Assembly: GCA_023515725.1 (NCBI GenBank)
Contig: JALDTO010000206.1
Coordinates: 1 to 64,000 of the forward strand
DNA: 64,000 nucleotides
DNA from: Amoeboaphelidium protococcarum X5
Taxonomy: Eukaryota > Fungi > Aphelidiomycota
Direction: 5' to 3'
Part shown: in pieces, positions 51,907-64,000 of the stretch
Layout: the number at the start of each line of letters is the position of its first letter
Position numbering within the stretch: the stretch's first letter is position 1
Position numbers and translations under genes: made by a program
Notes under the pieces: model-generated
What the model was told of the DNA's origin: nothing
Databases searched by the model: none
The model's input: the letters and a program-made list of their open reading frames with translations, nothing else

Positions 51907-52146
51907 GTATAAATAATAGATATCTTATTTTTGCTGCCCTGAACGTCTATTTTTTTTATTCCCGATATGATGCATAATATTGATCGTGATGGAGTTAAGT
52001 GTAGGGGCAAAAGCTTAGGATGTATAGGAAAGTCAAACGCGCTGGATCGATCGTACGTTTCAAAGACGTGACTGATTACGCGTGTAAAGTGGGTAATTAC
52101 TGTGACATGCAAATAACAACAATTTATAAACAATACAGCACAATGT

Positions 52147-52509
52147 TCAACGATTCATGATTAGTGCCTTAATTTCAGCCATTTCCTCTCTCAATTCATC
52201 TTTCATTTGCTTCATGTCAACCTTGACTTGATCAACGTCCTTCTTGACATTAGCAACATCCTTCTTGACTTGATCAACATCCTTCTTGACATTAGCAATA
52301 TCTTGAGACAAACAAATTTAGAGCTGCTGGCGTTGAAGTTCTCCTCTTTCAAACCTCACTTGATTCATCTCATTAGAGGCCTCAAGCTTAGACTCCAATC
52401 TCGTTGCATTCAAAGAAGGGGTAATCACTGTGGATATAAACGCTGCACCCACAACATATAACCCTAGATTTTCATTTAAACTTTGAGCAAACTTGGTAAA
52501 ACGCGACAT
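52147..52509 (-). CDS. Small membrane-anchored heptad-repeat coiled-coil protein, 120 aa
   Basis: Hydrophobic LGLYVVGAAFISTVI, then DIANVKKDVDQVKKDVANVKKDVDQVKVDMKQMKDELREEMAEIKALIMNR-TGA, encoded by 21-nt tandem units. Confidence 0.7.
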
Positions 52510-53075
52510 AAGGCTAGATTATAATGTGCTGTCGATTTGGATGAGTTATTAAGATAAAGAGAAGATTTAACGGACTCGACTGTTTCATATGACTGTGGCC
52601 AATCATGACCCGATGCTGCCGAGTGAAACGACTATCTGATTGGGCGCTTATGAGGCGTCATGATGTTTCAAATCTTGCTTCATGGCTTGGCTCCCTCTAC
52701 AGTATATGATAAAACTATGAGAAGAAACGCTTTGCTATTATTTGTTCAGCAAATATTTCTAAAATTCTGATTCAAACCACTCTTCACATCACAACTTACA
52801 ATTGCGCCCATCGTAGTTCTACTTAGATCATTTGACTGTAAAATCCCATAGTCTAATTAGTATGCAAATCAAACTAAAATTTCATGCAATTACCTATCTC
52901 CGAAAGGTAAGTTCTGTTAAGAATGGTTCATAGCATTCCAATATCAAAAACTAAAAGAGGACTGTACAGTACACTGTTAATCGTCCCTTTGATTTCTAGA
53001 CCCGCGGTTTTCTTCCTCGCTTTCTTCCTTTCACCTCATTGTGTAGTATCGTACTAAAGTTCATTATCACTCAAC

Positions 53076-54983
53076 ATGGGCTACTGGTACGACTTTATTT
53101 TTGGTCCTAAAGTTCCTCATAGTCAGTGGGGTCGGTAGATTAACAGCTTCCTGTTTGGTAATAAGAATGTCTAACGAGCCTTGTTCTAGTGGGAGATGCT
53201 GTACTACACCAATGTGTACCCAAAGTATTAAAATTTTCTCAACTTGCCGCCAGTTCATTACGTCAGTAGAAGCTTTATTCAACCTCTTTAGAATTAGTGT
53301 CATCGATTTTGGAATACTTTTGAGTATGACGTCAAGAGCATTGTGTTCTATACCGTGTTGTTGTATGCAGTGTTCAAGTTTCTGAAATGGGCTCGTTCTC
53401 GTACTCTGTGCCAACACTGGAAGGCTCTAAAGACTACCTGCATCCATACAGTGTTCAATTTGCTCAAGCTGATTCCGTCGGTGCGGCGTACAATATAATT
53501 AGAGCTGGGCAAGGTGCTGGATGATGTCGAGGACAAGTTGTTTAAAGTGGAGAGCACGCATAAGATCAAACCCCTGGCCAAGCTGCCTGCAAAGTCCATG
53601 TCCAATGAGTAGATTCAGGATATCTTGAAGCGACACAAGGAGTTGGAGCATGTAGACTGGCGCGGTGGAAAGGTGTCAGGCACGGTGTATCATGGTGGGA
53701 AGGAGTTGTCAGAGCTGCTTGTGGAGACTTATTCCATGTTCTCTCATTCTAATCCACTTCATCCTGACGTGTTTCCAAGTACAAGACTGATGGAGGCTGA
53801 GGTTGTCTCTATGCTTTTGAACATGTTTAATGCTCCTATGAAGCTCGGAGGTGATAAGAAGGGCGAGGACTCTACGGGTGGAAGTCCTTGTGGTAATATT
53901 ACTAGTGGTGGTACCGAGAGTATCTTGATGAGTGTGAAAGCGCATAGGGATTGGGCTTTTCATACAAAGGGCATCACTGAGCCTGAGATTGTCATTCCAA
54001 TTACCGCTCACGCTGCTTTCGATAAGGCTGCGGCTTACTTCAAGGTGAAGGTGACCCACGTTGACATTGATAAGAACAATGGGTGGAGAGTGGACATGAA
54101 GAAGATGCGCCGTGCTATCACAAGCAATACCATCATGATTGTCGGTAGTGCGCCAAATTATCCTCATGGAATATTCGATGATATCGAGTAGTTGGGCAAG
54201 TTGGCGCAGAGTTTCAATATTGGTTTGCATGTTGACTGCTGCCTAGGATCATTTATTGTTCCCTTCTTGGCCAAGGCTGGATTCGGTGAAGGTATTAGGC
54301 CGTTTGATTTCCGTGTACCTGGTGTGACTTCGATCTCTTGTGATACTCATAAGTTTGGATTTGCACCTAAGGGATCGTCTGTTATCATGTACAGAAGTGC
54401 TGAGGTGAGAAAGTATTAATATTTTGTATTTCCAGAATGGTCTGGTGGCATCTATGCTTCTCCGTCGATTGCTGGTAGTAGAAGTGGTGCTCTGGTTGCC
54501 TCTTGTTACGCAGCACTTCTGCACATGGGGGAGAGTGGATACATTGAGAGCACCAAGAAGATCGTCACTGCGGCTAGAGCTATTAAAGAAGGCGTGAAAT
54601 CCATCGAGGGTATTGAAGTATGTGGAGACCCGTTGGCTATGGTTATTGCATTCACCAGTCAAAAATACAATATTTACTCTATTGGTGATACTATGACTGC
54701 TAAAGGGTGGAATCTTAACACTTTGCAACATCCGGCTGCCATCCATATTTGCTGCACTTTACCTACTGTTAATTCTTATGGCTAATTCATTGCTGATTTG
54801 AAGGATGCTGTGGAGTAGGTGAGAATTAAAACGCTGAAGGCGATAGCTCATGGCGATGTAAAACAGAATCAAGAGGAAGGTAATGCTGCAATATACGGTA
54901 TGGCTGCAAGTATCCCAGATAAGAGGCTAGTTGGAGACATTGCTGCCGGTTATTTGGACGCATTAACGAAATTGAGACACTGA
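53076..54983 (+). CDS. DPL1: Sphingosine-1-phosphate lyase, 635 aa
   Basis: [44 protein letters not shown]-lysine motif [15 protein letters not shown] and [10 protein letters not shown]. Confidence 0.95.
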
Positions 54984-55058
54984 ATTTGAATTGAAGTGAT
55001 ATAAAAGGCGATTATTATTTGTCAAAATCTAGATACTCTTTAACTTAGTTTTCTATAT

Positions 55059-56570
55059 TCAAGCTTTAGATTGAACAGAGAGAAAGAGATACACGGGTCG
55101 ATCAAAGATCTTTGTCATAACACCCTGTGCGCGAGATCTGACAATTTCCATTACAGGCGTTTTCAAATTAGACTCTCCATTGGGTGCAGATCCGCTCTTT
55201 TTCTACTCTTATGACTGCGATGGCTAACCGCACAACTTCTCAAAATCACTGAGAGACTTGGTGATTACTGTCGCATCGATTCTAATAGCATCACATTCGC
55301 GGAACGATGGTGCAGATTACTACTCTGATGTATTCTCAACAGTTACTAGATCAGCCATACTTTACCTCTTTAAAAGAGTGAAATAGTCCACTTTAATATT
55401 AACAGTATACGGTAGGTACATCGGGACTCCAGAATAAGCCTACTAGAAAATCTTCTCCCTAATAACGTCAGCAGCCAGTTTATTGGCCTTGGTCGTCGTA
55501 AGCATAAAAGCAGGAAGCGAATTCACGGTGTACTTCTCAGCTAAACCGTAATCCAGTCTTGACTCGTACATATTAGGCCGTGGCTTACTACGTTCATAGA
55601 GATTATTCAATAATTCTGATATCGCTGTGTCTTGTTAACTGTTGGCATCAACAAAATGAGCAGTCTCGAACAGTCGGCCAACTTTCTAACACGCCTACTA
55701 CAACGCGACCAGATCTGCAGTCTAACCCGACTTCTCCACTTTATGCACAAAGCTAGAGCATTTATTAAACACCAACTAAACATCGACATGTTCCAATTCA
55801 TGTCGCAGCTTCTTGATTAACTTCAACAAGTACACCGTATCATCGCTTAGGATGATGGAGCCACTACTGTCGACAATTTGCTATGACGCGTCAACCATCA
55901 GTAAAATAGTATCTACATCATTCTGCAGAATATCCCACGTGTTCTTACTCAAACCATTCTCAAGTATATGAGACGGCCTGTGCTGCTAATCCTTTCTATT
56001 CTGGTCTGTGATAGGGGGCAAATCTTTGACAATGAGCTGATTAATCATTTCTCTTCCACCACCTGTATGCTGCATTTCAGTATCGCCCCGCTATAAAGTA
56101 TACTTATTCCTATATGCAGTCATGACATCTTTAGTGGTATATTTCAAAATACTAGTAGCACTCAACTTAGGACCGACAAGACGATTAAAAAGTGTCGACT
56201 TTCCACAATTGGGTAGTCCAAGTATGGCGACTGAATGTGTGAGTTCATTTTCGTATGTCTTACTTGGATCGATATTACGCGTCTTGAGTTCAAAGATACT
56301 AGAGGGACTGTACACCGAAGGCTATATAGATTGGTATCGCTATGGATAGACGGCAGGAGTGAAAGTTTTTACCAGTCTCTTCTATGTGATCCGAGGTGGT
56401 AAACCAAGCAATTTTGACATTTAATCAGCATGGACATCACCGCCAATCTGTGCAGTCTCCTTGGCTTTCTTCCATTCATGAGGATTCTAATTCTTGAATG
56501 AGGACGTGATGGAGCTATTTAGTCGTTAACTAGCTCTGATATTCATTATTTAACACTTTGGCTTAATCAT
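55059..56570 (-). CDS. Era-like (ERAL1) GTPase with KH-type C-terminus, ~503 aa, G3/G4 degenerate
   Basis: SVAILGLPNCGKSTLFNRLVG, SATSILKYTTKD, ADVIREKIF, MYLPYTV and IFDRPVYLFLSV. Confidence 0.8.
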
Positions 56571-56652
56571 GATCAAACAAATATTTTACACTTTTTAGCT
56601 TGATCATTAAAGACGGAGCAAACAGTGGGGAAAAATATCAATAGTTTACAGA

Positions 56653-57303
56653 ATGGCAGAATCTAATGAGCTTTATGGGTAAAAAGAGTATTGGGAGCGA
56701 CGGTATGAAGAGGAAGACACTGAGAAATCTTTTGACTGGTTCAAAACTTATGATGATATAAAAGACAGTTTAGGCGAATATATCAATGACAAGGAGTCGC
56801 GTATAATCATTCTAGGATGTGGCAATTCCACACTTGGATATGATATGATAGAGGATGGCTACACACATATTGTTAATGTTGATTACGCCGCTAATGTAAT
56901 CGATTAAATGCAACAGAAATACAATCAACTCGTGTTAGATAAACATCCAGATTCTATATGCTAGTTTGAATAGGCTAATGTTACTCAGATGAAGTGCTAT
57001 GATGACGCGACATTCGACGTGGCAATTGACAAGGGAACACTGGACGCGATGCTCTGTGGCAAATATGACCCATGGAATCCCCCAAAGGATAAGTTGGAGA
57101 AGGCTCACGGTGAGATTGCCGAGGTTTATAGAATTCTGAAACGGGGCGCAGTGTTTCTGTACATCACTTTTGGGCAGAAACATTTCCGATTGCCCATTCT
57201 ACAGACTCAGCCGTGGTCATCCGTGTAGGCACTCACTCTTTCTGATGATAATAAACAACAAGGCGGAATTATTGAGTACTTTCTCTATGTAATGATCAAA
57301 TGA
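56653..57303 (+). CDS. EEF1AKMT4-like class I SAM-dependent lysine methyltransferase, 216 aa
   Basis: YGQKEYWERRY, FDWFK, IILGCGNS, NVDYA, FDVAIDKGTLDAM and ITFGQKHFR. Confidence 0.9.
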
Positions 57304-57667
57304 ATATCTATCTAAATGGGTGGTTCTTACAGGTGTGAGTATTTCCATCTGTAACCTTAACCGTCTTTGGTTCTTGACGGCGCGCTTCTTTATATCTTTG
57401 CCGTATTCCTTCCCGCGCGAGATTTTAAAGTCTCAACCGTCGGTCGTTGTTAAATCGTCTTTTACTCTTTTGCGATGGCGGCCCTCTTTCCTCGCACACG
57501 AGTATTAACTCCAGATCGCGCGCCTGTTCTGAATATAGCGAGCGATACGTCGTTCTCTCTTTCGTTAGTGTCTCTCTTCAACCAAACAGCAGTTTTCTCG
57601 CCCGCTCCATTCTCTTTCTCTCTCTTTTCTCATTGTCTTGAAACGAACGATAAGGTTGCGGCGATAT

Positions 57668-61765
<4,098 letters not shown>

Positions 61766-62042
61766 TTTCTATTGAAATACATAATTGGCTTAATTTTTTA
61801 AAATTTTAATCGAGTCCTTTTGATAGTATAATTGCCTTCTACTTTTCATGTTCTTATGCATCAGGATTAAATGTACTCCAATGCGCCACATCTAAAACAA
61901 GCTCTCTTAGGCGCGTCTTATAGCAATCGAGGGGAGCGACGAACAAAATTTTCGTTAAGCTTTTCATTTTAAGCTTTCCGTTTCAAAAAGGCTTCTTTAC
62001 AGTAAAACACTGATCGACTCAAAGACCACTATCTCCGTAACA

Positions 62043-63188
62043 ATGTCACCACGAAAGTTTAAAGTTGTTTAGGAGTTATCTGATCGATTCAACAACTCGC
62101 ATGAGAGCAATGATAGAGATGTTCCGCTGTTAGAAGTAGTGAGTGATGAACACAAGGGTCGATGCTTCATTGCAAAGTAGACGATCGAGTGTGGTCAGAT
62201 GGTCCTCAGTGCTAAACCGTATGCTTTAATCGTGGACAATAATAATCGCATGAATGTGTGTGGGTATTGCTTCAATAAAGATCATGTTGCAGTGTCGGAC
62301 TATAAATTACCCTATTCCACAGATGACGGCCTGGAGATGGTGTTTTACTGCAGCGAGTAATGCAAATTGGCACATTCAAAGTTTTACAAACTGGAGTCTG
62401 AATTTCTGTAGCGTCTGTAAAGTAATCCGGTATACTAAGAGCTGAGCAGCTACTGTCAAGAGTATCTATGGCTGCTGGCCCGCTGTCTAATCAACAGAGA
62501 TCTTGAGTTACAAGGTGATCAGTGCCACGCTAAACAATTCAAGAACGATGTGACATTTCGAGATGTTGAATCGCTGGTGAGTAATATGGATACCTTTACT
62601 CAGGATAGAGTTGAAGGAGAGTTTATGGTTATAGCGGATCTATTGCAGGATCTGCAGCGAGATTTACAATCGCCTCCACTGAATAGATCAGAACTGCTCT
62701 AGCTCATTTGTAAGGAGGAGTGCAATTCATTTGGCATATACACATTTACAGAGAAGGGGAAGCCAAAGCAGTGCTATGGACTTGCCTTGTATCCACTTGC
62801 AGTCTTTTTCAATCACTCTTGTGATCCTAATGTCTCTCATACAACGGAGGGAAGTTGTCAGGTGTTTTATGCTAATCGTAGAATATGGGCTGGCGAAGAG
62901 TTGACCATCTCGTATATTGATATCCGCAAGAGTCGCGCTGAGCGTTAACAAGAGTTGAAGGATGTATTTCTGTTCGAGTGCTCATGCTAGAGATGTGCTT
63001 TGGACACAACGGGCAATGATGGTGACAGTCGCCCTCGTATCCTATGTCCAGACACTTCCTGCTTCGGCTCTCTTCTTCCCATTTCTGTTGATGGTGTTGA
63101 TAAAGCGGATCAGTAGGGAGGAATCTTATCTGACAATGACGGTCAGATATGGCAATGTGAATGCTGTCAGAAGAGAGTGAGAATATGA
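62043..63188 (+). CDS. SET and MYND domain (SMYD-like) lysine methyltransferase, 381 aa
   Basis: KGRCFIAK, MYND CGYCF...FYCSEQC, GLALYPLAVFFNHSCDPN, GEELTISYID and post-SET FLFECSCQRC. Confidence 0.9.
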
Positions 63189-63243
63189 ATGAAGTGAATT
63201 GTATTTTACAAAGTAATAGTTTGTCCGTATCATCAATAGTTCA

Positions 63244-64000
63244 TCAATAGCGATTTTAAACATAATCTTGATACTTTATCGCCTTGTACTGATATATGCC
63301 GCCATATATTGTATCTGCATTAACTATAAACAAATTACCACCGCCACCATCTTGATTGTTCAAATCACCACAATAACTCCCTACGTCTATAGACTGTCCA
63401 CTATCAGAACCGCCAGATGAATCAGCAAAAGTGCAGCCAGATATCTCTCCAAAAAAGTCGATAATCTACTGCCGTTTGTAATTCTATTTCACATCATACA
63501 AATGGACATAATCTGCTGGTTCAGCAGCCATGAGGAAGTTGCCACACGGAGAATATTGACACGATCTGACTGCTGCCATACGGGCAGGAAGTACTTTCAA
63601 AGCCACATCCAACCGCCTCTTATCGAATATCCGCACAGTCTTGTCCTAATTGCCCACAGCTAGTTGAATGCCATTAGGTGACCAGGCACAACAGAATGAA
63701 TAATCCAGAAAGCCGCCAACCTGCGCAATCTTATCACCAGACAGAGGGTCCAGTAGCCAGCCAGCGGAACTATCACCCACACAAGCCAAAATCCTTCTAC
63801 TATCCGGATCTAGAGCGGAGCAATTGACAGCCCATGGCATTTAAAATTCCTGATCCACTTTATGGTACTCCACGTCAACAACTCGCGCATATTAATCATT
63901 ATTGGATGCGATAATAACGCGACGTCCACTAATTGACTGGTCGATTGCAACGTGGTTGGTGATACCATACGGATCTTGAGACACTTTAACACACTCGACT
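63244..64000 (-). CDS. WD40-repeat protein (DUF2415-containing family), 3' part only
   Basis: PWAVNCSALDPD, DYSFCCAWSPNG..LAVGNQDKTVRIFD, MAAEPADYVHLYD and IIDFFGEISG. The gene continues beyond the window. Confidence 0.85.

Noticed and set aside
52907-53046. GTAAGT...TGTAG candidate intron upstream of S1P lyase (and GTGAGT...CACAG at ~4524-4572 upstream of ARMH3)
   Set aside because: Splicing does not place an upstream ATG in frame. They could be 5'-UTR introns but cannot be supported without transcripts.

Overview
Gene-dense, intron-poor eukaryotic (opisthokont, fungus-related) genomic DNA that uses a non-standard nuclear code: TAA and TAG are read as Gln and TGA is the only stop (translation table 6). 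This is why the supplied ORF track breaks nearly every gene into fragments. Re-read by hand with TAR=Gln, the window has about 27 protein genes: PIG-N/MCD4, ARMH3, a secreted mucin-stalk protein, ERO1, PECR (ends SKL), full-length talin, FANCD2, CMC1, a CRIB-TBC Rab-GAP, UBXN1-like, GDE1, mt-uS2, PNKP, a GH1 glycosidase, a telobox-Myb protein, an MRL (RIAM/lamellipodin)-like RA-PH adaptor, RCL1, mL40, mitochondrial Lon, a small coiled-coil protein, S1P lyase, an Era-like GTPase, EEF1AKMT4-like, SIN3, SMYD-like, a partial WD40 gene and small hypothetical ORFs. It also has two Ty1/copia remnants and a dispersed repeat carrying CGG-N11-CCG palindromes. The code plus this gene content is most consistent with the aphelid Amoeboaphelidium protococcarum (inference, not verified by search). 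The most notable candidates are (1) a secreted Ser/Thr/Pro-stalk protein ending in a domain resembling the bacterial RTX/FrpC calcium-binding self-processing module, and (2) an animal-type talin plus an LD-motif-bearing MRL-like adaptor, suggesting a talin-RIAM-type adhesion module in a fungal-side lineage. All calls are manual translation and remembered family motifs; no searches were run.
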